64,000 nucleotides of DNA from positions 27,665 to 91,664 of the forward strand of contig CAUJHZ010000018.1 of assembly GCA_963205185.1 (NCBI GenBank), written 5' to 3'. A model generated the notes under the pieces. The model saw only the letters and a program-made list of their open reading frames with translations, did no database searches and was not told where the DNA came from. The DNA comes from Planctomycetota bacterium (GTDB lineage Bacteria > Planctomycetota > Phycisphaerae > Phycisphaerales > UBA5793). The translations under genes and the position numbers were made by a program. Shown here in pieces: positions 1-8,774 of this stretch; position 1 is the stretch's first letter; each line of letters starts with the position of its first letter.

Positions 1-1
1 C

Positions 2-280
2 ATCCGCGTCGAATCGGTCCAGAAGCAGGTGCGGGCCAACGCGGCGCTCAACATCGAACTGGGCATCAGCGCCTACAAGACCGGCCGCGCCAACGTCGCG
101 GTGAGCGACAACTACGCACCGACGTACAGCTTCGAAGCCATCGACATCGACAACACGAGGCGGGCCCTCGCCGAACGCATCTTCGAGAAGAAGTTCGACG
201 AACTCAGCGCCGGCCAGCGCGGCGAACTCGACGCGGTCGTGCGGGCCTGCATGCTCGTCGCCCACATCACCACCATCTGA
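2..280 (+). CDS. hypothetical protein, 5' end probably outside window
   Basis: Frame is open from the window edge; only a GTG at 29 lies inside the window; no motif recognised. Confidence 0.35.
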   Translation: MRVESVQKQVRANAALNIELGISAYKTGRANVAVSDNYAPTYSFEAIDIDNTRRALAERIFEKKFDELSAGQRGELDAVVRACMLVAHITTI

Positions 281-322
281 AACGCGCCGCCAGCCGCCAC
301 CACGCGGGAAAGGACCACCACC

Positions 323-577
323 ATGACCATCAGACAAATCACCATCAAGGGCGAGCGAGGCGATGTCGAGATTCGCGACGCCGACTACGGGGCGCAGATT
401 CTGTTCGGCGAGACCTGCCTCGAACTCTCGCGCCACAGCGGCGACGACGAACGCTGGGCCGCCGCGATGGCGACCGCCAAGGCCATCTACGGCAGCGACC
501 GCCACGGCCGGCCGCGCTGCACCAATTCTGAAATCCACGCGGTGCGCCTCGAGATCGAGCGCGTCGCGGGCTGCTGA
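323..577 (+). CDS. hypothetical small protein
   Basis: ATG preceded by GGAAAGGA; 84 aa; same strand and tight spacing as neighbours. Confidence 0.45.
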   Translation: MTIRQITIKGERGDVEIRDADYGAQILFGETCLELSRHSGDDERWAAAMATAKAIYGSDRHGRPRCTNSEIHAVRLEIERVAGC

Positions 578-607
578 ACCACAAACGCCAAACGAAACGG
601 AACCACT

Positions 608-844
608 ATGAGCACCGCACGCGACAACCAGTTGAACACCATCGCCCGCGAGGCGCTCGGCCTCGAGACCCTCGAAACCCGCAGCAGCGACCGCCTCGAC
701 TTCCACGACACCGCCGTCTGGTGCGTCAAGGAAGCGCTGGAGCGCGCCTACGAGGCGGGGCGGCAATCGGCGCGGCCGACCAAGGCCGTGTGCCCGGCCT
801 GCGGGCGAAAGATCGAGATCACGCCGCTGCCCAGCGGCAAGTGA
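608..844 (+). CDS. hypothetical protein with C-terminal CPxCG knuckle
   Basis: 78 aa; 'LGLETLETRSSDRLDFHDTAVW' then 'CPACGRKIE'. Confidence 0.5.
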   Translation: MSTARDNQLNTIAREALGLETLETRSSDRLDFHDTAVWCVKEALERAYEAGRQSARPTKAVCPACGRKIEITPLPSGK

Positions 845-856
845 GAGAGGAGCATC

Positions 857-1165
857 ATGAAGACCAGCGCCATTCAGATTGACAGAAATCGCACCGCCCG
901 CCGCAACGGCGCCGGCGCGCCCAACGTGGTCATCCGCGAGGCGTGCGATCGCGACGGCGTCGTCCTGGGCCATCTCGTGGCCAGCCACGACGGCACGGCC
1001 GAGGGCATCGTCGCGGCCGCACGCCGCGCTACGGCCCGCATGTTCGACGCCTTTGCCGACGCATCGAACGTGAACAGCCGCATCATCGCCACCGACGCCA
1101 CGGGCCGGCCGCGCTGGTCGGTGTCGCCGAACTTTGCAGTCATCGAAGAACTCGCCATCGCGTGA
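857..1165 (+). CDS. hypothetical protein
   Basis: ATG preceded by GAGAGGAG; 102 aa. Confidence 0.45.
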   Translation: MKTSAIQIDRNRTARRNGAGAPNVVIREACDRDGVVLGHLVASHDGTAEGIVAAARRATARMFDAFADASNVNSRIIATDATGRPRWSVSPNFAVIEELAIA

Positions 1166-1213
1166 CGGCGGGGCATTTCCACCAACCGCTGCATCAACGA
1201 AAGGAGCAGCATC

Positions 1214-2284
1214 ATGAAGAAGAACGAAGTCCAGATCGGGAACACTTACGCCGCGAAGGTGTCCGGCAAGATCGCCAAGGTGCGCATCGACGCCGAGAGC
1301 CGCCACGGCGGCTGGGACGCGACCAACCTCGAGACGAAGAAGAAGGTTCGCATCAAGAGCGCCCAGCGGCTGCGGGCCGAAGCCGGGCCGCCACCGAAGG
1401 CGAGCACGGCGCTTCCCAAGGCGAGCGACAACAAGGACGCCCAACCGGCCTCCGGCGTGAAACCCGGGGGCCGCGTTGTTGATAGAGATGCCCAGCGCAT
1501 CGCCGAGCGCGACGCCAAGGCCGCGGCCAAGGGCCTGGTCCTGAAAACGGAGATCGTCAACGGCAAGGAACGCTCGCGCTGGGTGAAGAAGGCCGAGCAG
1601 GCCGCCGCGCAGCAAGGTGCGCCGGACGCACCGCCCGCCGAGAAACGCAAAGGCCGGCGCACGCCGCCGCGGATCGCGCTGGTCAACAAGGACCAGTACG
1701 CCGAGATCGCCAAGCAAGTGCAGGACCTGCCCACCAGCCGCAACCACGTGTGCTGGAAGAAGAACGGCAAGTTGTACGAACTGTTCTTCCGCGTCGATGG
1801 CCGCACGCCGCTGCTCTACCGCGCACCCGCCACCTCGGCCGTCGATGAGAAGACCGGCTGCCGCGAGGTGGACGCCGTCGGCACCGTCACCGGCGTCTTC
1901 CACATCAAGCAGTCCATCAAGCAGCTCACCGGCAAATCGCCGGCGCAGATCGGCATCACCATGCCGCCCGACCGCGGCGCGCCCAAGGCACGCGGCGAGA
2001 CTACGAAGAAGACGACCGGCGGCAAGGCCGACGCCAAACCGCGCAAGAAGCGCGAGGGGTTGAGTGGGCTCGACGCCGCAGCGCAGGTTCTGGGGCGGGC
2101 CAAGGAGCCGCTCGACGCGAAGACCATCGCCGAGCGCGCCATCGCCGCGGGCTGGAAGACCAACGGCGCCACGCCGCACGCGACTTTGTACGCCGCGATG
2201 ATCCGCGAGATCAAAGCCAAGGGCAAGGAAGCGCGGTTCATTAAAGCCGACAAGGGCCGGTTCACGGCCCGGAAAGGAGCGTGA
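1214..2284 (+). CDS. DNA-binding protein candidate with C-terminal HARE-HTH-like winged helix
   Basis: RBS AAAGGAG; K/A/P-rich linkers; C-terminus '[61 protein letters not shown]'. Confidence 0.55.
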   Translation: MKKNEVQIGNTYAAKVSGKIAKVRIDAESRHGGWDATNLETKKKVRIKSAQRLRAEAGPPPKASTALPKASDNKDAQPASGVKPGGRVVDRDAQRIAERDAKAAAKGLVLKTEIVNGKERSRWVKKAEQAAAQQGAPDAPPAEKRKGRRTPPRIALVNKDQYAEIAKQVQDLPTSRNHVCWKKNGKLYELFFRVDGRTPLLYRAPATSAVDEKTGCREVDAVGTVTGVFHIKQSIKQLTGKSPAQIGITMPPDRGAPKARGETTKKTTGGKADAKPRKKREGLSGLDAAAQVLGRAKEPLDAKTIAERAIAAGWKTNGATPHATLYAAMIREIKAKGKEARFIKADKGRFTARKGA

Positions 2285-2287
2285 GTG

Positions 2288-2506
2288 ATGGACCGGCAAG
2301 TCCAGCGACTGCTCGCGCACGCCGACCAGACCCGCGCCACGATGCGCGACACCCTGGCCGCCATGCCCGCCGCCGAGAAGGCCGCGCTCATTCGCACCTG
2401 CGCCGCGGGCGACCTCGCCGGGTTCGACGAGCGCACGGCGCTGCTGGTGGGCCTGCTCGCGGTGGTGGCCATCTTCGACCTGAGCGAATCGCGGGAGGAG
2501 GGCTGA
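2288..2506 (+). CDS. hypothetical small protein
   Basis: ATG at 2288 (GTG at 2285) abuts the stop of the upstream gene; 72 aa. Confidence 0.4.
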   Translation: MDRQVQRLLAHADQTRATMRDTLAAMPAAEKAALIRTCAAGDLAGFDERTALLVGLLAVVAIFDLSESREEG

Positions 2507-2509
2507 ACC

Positions 2510-2755
2510 ATGACGAAAGCCGACCTGCTCAAACTCCTCGAACCCTACGGCCTCGATGACCCCATCGTCTTCGTCTGCTTCGACGACGGCATCGTCGTGC
2601 ATGAAGCAGTCACTGTCGCCAAGGACCACTGCACCGCGCGGCTGCTGCCCGATGGCGGCATCGTCATGCCCGTCGCCATCTACCTCAGCGGCGAGGGGCG
2701 GCAGGGCCAGGGCGGCGTCATGGGCGCGAGCAGCCCGCCCGGAAAGAACACCTGA
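2510..2755 (+). CDS. hypothetical small protein
   Basis: ATG 4 nt after the upstream stop; 81 aa. Confidence 0.4.
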   Translation: MTKADLLKLLEPYGLDDPIVFVCFDDGIVVHEAVTVAKDHCTARLLPDGGIVMPVAIYLSGEGRQGQGGVMGASSPPGKNT

Positions 2756-2778
2756 CCTTGAGAAAGGACCATTCACCC

Positions 2779-2967
2779 ATGACGTGCCATTGTGATGACA
2801 ACCTGGTCGAGCCGCAGGACGCCTGCCCGCGCTGCGGGCAGCGCCACGTTGACAACCTGATCTGGATTGACGACGGGCAGCGCGTCCGCTGCGCGACATG
2901 CCTGTTCGTCTACACGCCTCCGGCGCTGCGGCGGGAAGGAGGTGATGATCATGACCAGCAGCCATGA
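2779..2967 (+). CDS. small zinc-ribbon protein
   Basis: 'CPRCGQRH...CATC' pair; ATG at 2779 preceded by GAGAAAGGA. Confidence 0.45.
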   Translation: MTCHCDDNLVEPQDACPRCGQRHVDNLIWIDDGQRVRCATCLFVYTPPALRREGGDDHDQQP

Positions 2968-3481
2968 GACCAACTCGCTGCGCCAGGTGCTGCTCGCGGC
3001 CCAGCGCCTGCTCGAAGCCCGCGTCGACCAGATGATCACGGCCGAGGAATGGGAAGCCCTCAGCGATGCCGTCAACGCGGCGACGCAAAAACCAGACGGC
3101 GGGCCCGGAGAATCCTTCGCCGTGGACGCCGCCAGCGGCGCGCTGCTGCGCCGCGTCGTGCCCAGGCGCGGCCAACCCTACGAACATGCCTGCACGCGGG
3201 CAGTGTTCGAAGAGGTCGCCCACGCCATCGACCTCATGGGCAGCGCCGCATTCACGCTCGAGGAAATTCGCGCCAAGGTGGGGGGCGGCGACGAGTCGAA
3301 GATGCCGCCGTGGTCGCAGGTCGCCACGGCGGTCGCATTCCTGAAAGAGCGGTCGTGCATCGTGCCCAGCCGCGAGCGCAAGCATGTCGCCGCCACCGAC
3401 GACACCTGGCTCGACGCGATGATCGAATACCACGCGCTTCGCGAGAAGGGGCCGGAGGAGGCGGCGGAACCGGGCGAGTAG
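2945..3481 (+). CDS. hypothetical protein
   Basis: ATG at 2945 preceded by GGAAGGAGG; 178 aa; overlaps the upstream gene end. Confidence 0.5.
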   Translation: MIMTSSHETNSLRQVLLAAQRLLEARVDQMITAEEWEALSDAVNAATQKPDGGPGESFAVDAASGALLRRVVPRRGQPYEHACTRAVFEEVAHAIDLMGSAAFTLEEIRAKVGGGDESKMPPWSQVATAVAFLKERSCIVPSRERKHVAATDDTWLDAMIEYHALREKGPEEAAEPGE

Positions 3482-3571
3482 CCCGCCAACCCGCCTCACC
3501 CATTCACAGCCGCAGCGCCCGCCGCCGCGGCTGTGTCTGCGGGAATGCCCAACCCTCCACTCGCCAGTAGA

Positions 3572-4273
3572 ATGAGCATCATGCTCAAGTGGGCACGCCG
3601 CATCGCCATTTTCCTGCTGATTGGCGCACTCGTGAACGTCGCGGTGGCCTGGGGGTGTGCAATCTGCTTGCTCGGCTACGAAGACGGGACCCAAATCTGG
3701 GAAAACCCACGCCAGAGCGGGGAGAGGATAATCAGATTCGACACGGGCCTCGGAGTCCAGACGACTCGCTCTTTTGCCGTGGAGCGCTGGGGGATTGTCG
3801 ATCCCGAGTCCTTCTTCAAGGACTCGCCCATGTACACGGGTCAGATCTGGTGGCCCGACAGCGCATTCTCTCGTCCGTACGAGATCTTCCATGCGGGCGG
3901 TTGGCCATTGCTGTCTGTTCGAGCCCATCGCTCGAGTGGGATCATGAGCCCAGAAGAACTCGCCGCGAGCATGCTGGGCAATGGAATGCAACGAGACTAT
4001 CGATGGATTAATGCAATCCAATGGCCGTGGCGGAGTGCATTGCCGTCGCTCAAGGTATCGGGTGTCCTGCCCTGGGAACCGATTCCTTTCGGATTCACAA
4101 TCAATACGCTGATCTACGGCACACTTGCCGCAATCGTGATCTGCGGTGGCGCAGGGATTCGGCGATCGATTCGTAACCGTTTGGGGCGATGCGCTGTCTG
4201 CGGCTACCCGCGCGGCACCTCGCCCGTCTGTACCGAATGCGGCGAGGCACTTCCTACTCATACTGCCAAGTAA
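3572..4273 (+). CDS. membrane protein with C-terminal CxxCGY..CxxCG zinc ribbon
   Basis: N-terminal TM 'IAIFLLIGALVNVAVAWGCAI', second TM near the C-terminus, then 'CAVCGYPRGTSPVCTECG'. Start uncertain (GTG 3533 / ATG 3545 / ATG 3572). Confidence 0.55.
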   Translation: MSIMLKWARRIAIFLLIGALVNVAVAWGCAICLLGYEDGTQIWENPRQSGERIIRFDTGLGVQTTRSFAVERWGIVDPESFFKDSPMYTGQIWWPDSAFSRPYEIFHAGGWPLLSVRAHRSSGIMSPEELAASMLGNGMQRDYRWINAIQWPWRSALPSLKVSGVLPWEPIPFGFTINTLIYGTLAAIVICGGAGIRRSIRNRLGRCAVCGYPRGTSPVCTECGEALPTHTAK

Positions 4274-4281
4274 CGACCGCG

Positions 4282-5598
4282 TCATGATGCGCGACGCTCC
4301 GCCTTCTTCCCCGTGAACTGCTCGTACCTCTGCACGATCACATCGCAATACGCCGGATCGATTTCCATCAAGAACGCATGGCGACCGGTCTGCTCGGCGG
4401 CGATGAGCGTGCTGCCTGACCCGCCGAACAGATCGAGCACGTTCTCGCCGGCGTGCGAGGAGTACTGCATGGCCCGCACCGCCAACTCGACCGGTTTCTC
4501 GGTCAAATGACACATGGACGCCGGGTTGACCTTTTTCACGTGCCAGAGGTCGGTGGCGTTGTTCGGCCCGAAGAAGCGGTGCGCAGCGCCCTCGCGCCAT
4601 CCATAGAATGCGATCTCGAACGCGCCCATGTAGTCTTTTCGCGTCAAAACCGGGTGCTGTTTGTCCCACACGATGCCCTGGCTGAAGTACAGCCCCGCGC
4701 GCTTCAAAGGGCCCGGATAGTTTCCGAGGTTCGCGTACCCTCCCCAGATGTAGAACCCGCCGCCGGAGATGAGCACGCGCGCCATGTTGCCGAACCACGC
4801 GTCGAGCATCTCGTCGAACGCTTCGTCGGTCACAAAGTCGTTGGCGAGCGGCCGGTCCTTCGCGCGCATCTTCTTCGTCGTCCGCTTCTTCTCACCCTGG
4901 CGCGCGACATCGAACGACTGGTGATGCGTACGCTTCCTCTTCGCCTCGGGGAACGACGAGTTGCCTGCCGCGATCGCGTTGTTGCTGCGCGGCTCGACCT
5001 TGACGTTGTACGGCGGATCGGTGTTGACCAAGTGAATCGGCTGTCCATCGAGCAACCGATCGACGTCGGCGGCGCTCGCGCTGTCGCCGCAGAGCAACCG
5101 GTGCTCGCCGAGTATCCACAGGTCGCCGCGCTTCGTGATCGGTTCATCGGGTGGTTCAGGGATCGAGTCGGGATCGGTCAAACCATCCTGCACTCCCGGG
5201 TCGAAGATCTTCGCCAGGTCATCAGCGCTGAATCCCAGCGACGACCAGTCGAAGCCGGCGCCCTGGAGTTCGGCCATCTCGATCGGCAGCAACTCCATGT
5301 TCCATTCAGCCAGCTCGGCCGACTTGTTGTCGGCGATGCGGTACGCGCGCACCTTCTCGGGCGAAAGATCGGTGGCGACATGCACCGGCACCTTCTCGAG
5401 CCCGAGGCGCTGCGCCGCTTTCCATCGCGTGTGGCCGCAGATGATGACGCCGTCACTATCGACGACGATCGGTTGCCGCCAGCCGAACGCCGTAATGCTG
5501 TTGGCCACCGCTTCCACAGCGTCGTCGTTAAGCCGGGGGTTCTTTTCGTAGGGCTTGATTTCGGCCAGTGGCCGCAGTTCGACCTTGAACGTGTTCAT
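4282..5598 (-). CDS. ParB-like nuclease domain / beta-class N6A-or-N4C DNA methyltransferase fusion
   Basis: N-terminus 'NPRLNDDAVEAVANSITAFGWRQPIVVDSDGVIICGHTRWKAA'; motif IV 'NTDPPYN' precedes motif I 'FGGSGSTLIAAEQTGR'. Confidence 0.9.
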   Translation of the reverse strand: MNTFKVELRPLAEIKPYEKNPRLNDDAVEAVANSITAFGWRQPIVVDSDGVIICGHTRWKAAQRLGLEKVPVHVATDLSPEKVRAYRIADNKSAELAEWNMELLPIEMAELQGAGFDWSSLGFSADDLAKIFDPGVQDGLTDPDSIPEPPDEPITKRGDLWILGEHRLLCGDSASAADVDRLLDGQPIHLVNTDPPYNVKVEPRSNNAIAAGNSSFPEAKRKRTHHQSFDVARQGEKKRTTKKMRAKDRPLANDFVTDEAFDEMLDAWFGNMARVLISGGGFYIWGGYANLGNYPGPLKRAGLYFSQGIVWDKQHPVLTRKDYMGAFEIAFYGWREGAAHRFFGPNNATDLWHVKKVNPASMCHLTEKPVELAVRAMQYSSHAGENVLDLFGGSGSTLIAAEQTGRHAFLMEIDPAYCDVIVQRYEQFTGKKAERRAS

Positions 5599-5801
5599 CG
5601 ATCATGTCTCCTTGAGAGGCCGACTGCGTGTTCGATGGATTGCCGCGACGAAGTGACGCTACTGAGCAGAAGGCTCCGCGTAGCAGGCGGATTGCGCCGA
5701 CGAATGGCGATTTGCCTGGAAGTCGTCGCAAACCGAGGCAATGATCGAGTGGTTCGTTTGATTGACGATCGAGCCGCGCCGACGCCTGTGGGAGCCGGAT
5801 C

Positions 5802-6131
5802 ATGGCCAAGAAATACAAACGCAAGATGATGCGGACGAAAGACCTCAAGGCCTTGGCATTTCCGCTCAAGCCCTGGGATCAGGCAGCGGAGCTTGCTCTG
5901 TTCCGTCACAGTCAGATCGACGGTCATCGGGCGATATGGTTCAAATGCACACAGTGCGGACTTGAGTACGAGGTTCGGACATGGCGATCGGGTGAAGATG
6001 TTGACCGGCACTTTGCCTTCTGCCCCGACTGTGGATCGCAGGGCGCGAGCGCGTGCATCCGCGTCAGTCACGAACTCGGCCCCATCTACCAGGCGCTGCA
6101 CTCTCCGCCCGATGGGTCGGAAGGCAGCTGA
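5802..6131 (+). CDS. hypothetical zinc-ribbon protein
   Basis: 'CTQCGLEY...CPDCGS'; 109 aa; divergent from the methyltransferase gene. Confidence 0.4.
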   Translation: MAKKYKRKMMRTKDLKALAFPLKPWDQAAELALFRHSQIDGHRAIWFKCTQCGLEYEVRTWRSGEDVDRHFAFCPDCGSQGASACIRVSHELGPIYQALHSPPDGSEGS

Positions 6132-6469
6132 CCGCATGCGCCGGACATCAATGCCGGGCCGCCATGATCCGTTCGATGTGCTCGCCAGGCTTCTCATCGT
6201 GCCCCCTGTTTGGCGTCCGTCGAGTCCCATTCGCCATTGACCTGCGAATCTTCTCCCCGTCGCCGCCCACGTTCGCCTCTGTCGCGAGATGTGCGCCGAG
6301 GCGGCAGCTTGGCCAGACTCGCCCGCAACAGCGCCCCGGGGCCAACGCGGGCCGATCCGGACATGTCGGACAGGCGCAACAAACTCTGTCTAGATTGGCG
6401 GCTGTTCCCGCGGGCCTCTCCTGGCTCACATCGCCGGGAAGGAACCATGCCGATGCCCCGCATTGCCCA

Positions 6470-6701
6470 CTTACCCACAATCCATCCACAGGCGCGATGG
6501 TGGTAGGATGGGTGGTTAAGAGATGATGAGAAGAGAGAGAGATACCTTCTTTCCTTTTTTCCTGTCCAGTTCTTTTGCGCTGGCATGTCCCCACTCTCTA
6601 CATACACACATACAGGTGGAAAAAAGGAAAGAAGGGTCGAGACAGCCCCGGTGAAAAGGAAAAAAGGTCCGAACAAGGCTGGTGAAAAGGAAAGAAGCAC
6701 C
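6470..6701. repeat. origin-like repeat cluster: imperfect IR, perfect 18-bp IR and three purine-rich iterons
   Basis: Imperfect IR 6470-6489 / 6500-6520. CCTTCTTTCCTTTTTTCC at 6545-6562 is the exact reverse complement of GGAAAAAAGGAAAGAAGG at 6618-6635. GGTG(G/A)AAAAGGAAA(G/A)AAG-type copies start at 6615, 6650 and 6681 (31-35 bp spacing). Locally AT-rich. Confidence 0.6.
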
Positions 6702-6704
6702 CTT

Positions 6705-8774
6705 TTATCCCTCGACCGTACGGAAAAAAGTCACGGGCCGTCCGCCGGTGTGTTCCTGCCGGACGGCAATAAGTCGCTGCTCGGCGAGGGTCGCGATCGC
6801 CTCGTCGCGCTCGCGCGGCGTCATGTTGCGAATCGCCCGCATGAGACCGCTCTGCGGCACTTCCTCGCCCTTGGCCTCGCGGAGGACGCGCAGGATCTTT
6901 TGGCAACGTTCGTGGAACGTTCCCTCGGCAATGCACAGACTCGCCTCGTAGAGCGCATGGCGCAGCACGTGCGTGATCAGATCGATCGCCCAGCGGGCTG
7001 AGACGGCGTTGACCACGGGCCCGTCGCGGGCCTGCCAGCAGGCGTGGATCATCGCGAGCTTGCCGGCGTTCTCGCGCGCTCGCGACCAGAGCACGCCGAG
7101 GCTGCCATGGAGCTTCTCCTGAGCCTTCTGGTGCTTGAAGAACTCCTCCATGATGCCGGTCGCTTCGCGGGTGTGCGGAACGACGAGTGGCGAGGGATGA
7201 ACGCGTTCGAGATTGCCATTGGTCGTCCGACGACTCGTCCAGGACGTGAAGAACTCGATGATCTCGGGCGGCGGGTTGAATTCGGTTGCGCCGCCGGGCG
7301 GCGGGTCGTCGGCCGACTCGAAGATAAGCAGGCGCGGCAGGAAGCCGCCCTCGATCGACTCGGCGTCCATCGAGCGCCAGAAGCTGGTCTTCACCGTCGT
7401 GCCGTAGAGGCACACGTGTGGCTGATCGATCTTCTTGTTGCGCTTGGGATCGGCGTAGGCCTTGGAGCGGAAGACGCTGTTGGCCTTGCCGTAGAACTTG
7501 AGCAGCACGCTGGCGATGTTGTAGAGGTGCGGGTTGCGCTGACCGCCCGCAGCGATGCTGTGCATGAGGCGGCCGAACTCGTCGAGCTGGAAGAGGATGG
7601 GGTTCTGGAGCTCGACCGCGGCGATGAGGCCGGCGTCGCTGGCGAAGTCCTCGGGCCCGCACATCTGCTCGAGTCCGGCGAAGTGAAAGAACTTGCGCAC
7701 GACCTCGCGCGTCGCCTCCTTGCCGCCTCCGCTGGGAGTGATGCCCAGGGTGTAGACGTTGGTTCGAAGACCTGAGGCGTCGCGCACCTTGTGCCCGAGG
7801 ATGGCGCCCGTCGCCGCGATCATCGAGGCGAGGAAGAGGATCGGCTGGGCCTGGACCGCGGTCGCGAGGTAGTAATCGAGTGCGCGCTGGACGATGTCAG
7901 GCGCTTGCTCGATAAGGTTCGTCGGAAACGGACCGGGATCGGCGGGTCCGCCGAGCCGGCCGGCGCTGCGGAAGTCCTGTTCGTAGTGATTTTCGATCAG
8001 CGCCACGGCGATGCCGTCGGGCTCGTAGCGGGCCACGCTGGAGGCGATCTTCTCGACCTCGCGCATGGGAACGGGCGGGCGGCAGCGCGCGGTGTTGACC
8101 GCGGTCAGCGCCGCGAGGATCTCGGCGCGCGTCATGCCGACGCGTCGCATGGTGCCCGCGAGACTCGCAAGGGTCGCGTTGCGCTGACCTTGCGGGATGG
8201 GATTGCCGTCGCCTCCCTCCGGAGCATCGCGCGGCGCGGCGTCGGTGAAAGTGTCAAGGAGTGACGCGAGCCACTCGGGCGGCTCGGGCAGGTCGTTCGG
8301 GCCGACGTCGAGTTCAAGCGTCGGCTCCCAGCGGTATGGCTTGCTGTCGACGATCGAGGGCGGCACGAGGATGTAGCCGCCGTCGCCGCGCGTATCGACG
8401 CCGGGGGCGATGCGGCCGGTCGTGTTGCGCCAGTGTTTGCCAGGCGGCTGTCGGAACAGGTGGTGCCGGCCGCCGCGCGGGGTGCGCGAGACCGGCGCCG
8501 TCGCGAGGTCGAGCTGCTTGTCAGGCTCACGGGTGAGCCAGGCGTTGTCGGCGCCATCGATGTCGATGACAATGAGTCCCGCGGTCGGGATGGCGATGTT
8601 CGCCTGGGGATTCTGTCTCCACCAGCGCGCGATCTGCGCGAGATCGGTCGAGGCGTCATGAAAGCCTCGCGGCGTGAGGGGCTGCTTGCGCCCCGGCGCG
8701 CATGGAAAGACGGCGTAGCCGAGATCGGCGTACGCCAGCGCACAGTCGAGCAGGTTGGGCGGCGCAGCGGCCAT
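6705..8774 (-). CDS. bifunctional primase-polymerase / DUF3987-type helicase-like replication protein
   Basis: 'LGYAVFPCAPGRKQPLTPRGFHDAS', 'LIVIDIDG' (prim-pol); PriCT-like 'GQRNATLASLAGTMRRVGMTRAEI'; large C-terminal domain. Confidence 0.8.
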   Translation of the reverse strand: MAAAPPNLLDCALAYADLGYAVFPCAPGRKQPLTPRGFHDASTDLAQIARWWRQNPQANIAIPTAGLIVIDIDGADNAWLTREPDKQLDLATAPVSRTPRGGRHHLFRQPPGKHWRNTTGRIAPGVDTRGDGGYILVPPSIVDSKPYRWEPTLELDVGPNDLPEPPEWLASLLDTFTDAAPRDAPEGGDGNPIPQGQRNATLASLAGTMRRVGMTRAEILAALTAVNTARCRPPVPMREVEKIASSVARYEPDGIAVALIENHYEQDFRSAGRLGGPADPGPFPTNLIEQAPDIVQRALDYYLATAVQAQPILFLASMIAATGAILGHKVRDASGLRTNVYTLGITPSGGGKEATREVVRKFFHFAGLEQMCGPEDFASDAGLIAAVELQNPILFQLDEFGRLMHSIAAGGQRNPHLYNIASVLLKFYGKANSVFRSKAYADPKRNKKIDQPHVCLYGTTVKTSFWRSMDAESIEGGFLPRLLIFESADDPPPGGATEFNPPPEIIEFFTSWTSRRTTNGNLERVHPSPLVVPHTREATGIMEEFFKHQKAQEKLHGSLGVLWSRARENAGKLAMIHACWQARDGPVVNAVSARWAIDLITHVLRHALYEASLCIAEGTFHERCQKILRVLREAKGEEVPQSGLMRAIRNMTPRERDEAIATLAEQRLIAVRQEHTGGRPVTFFRTVEG

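Noticed and set aside
4453-5829. 458-aa plus-strand ORF antisense to the ParB-methyltransferase gene
   Set aside because: Arg/Val/Leu-rich shadow ORF typical of high-GC DNA. The opposite strand has unambiguous ParB and methyltransferase motifs.
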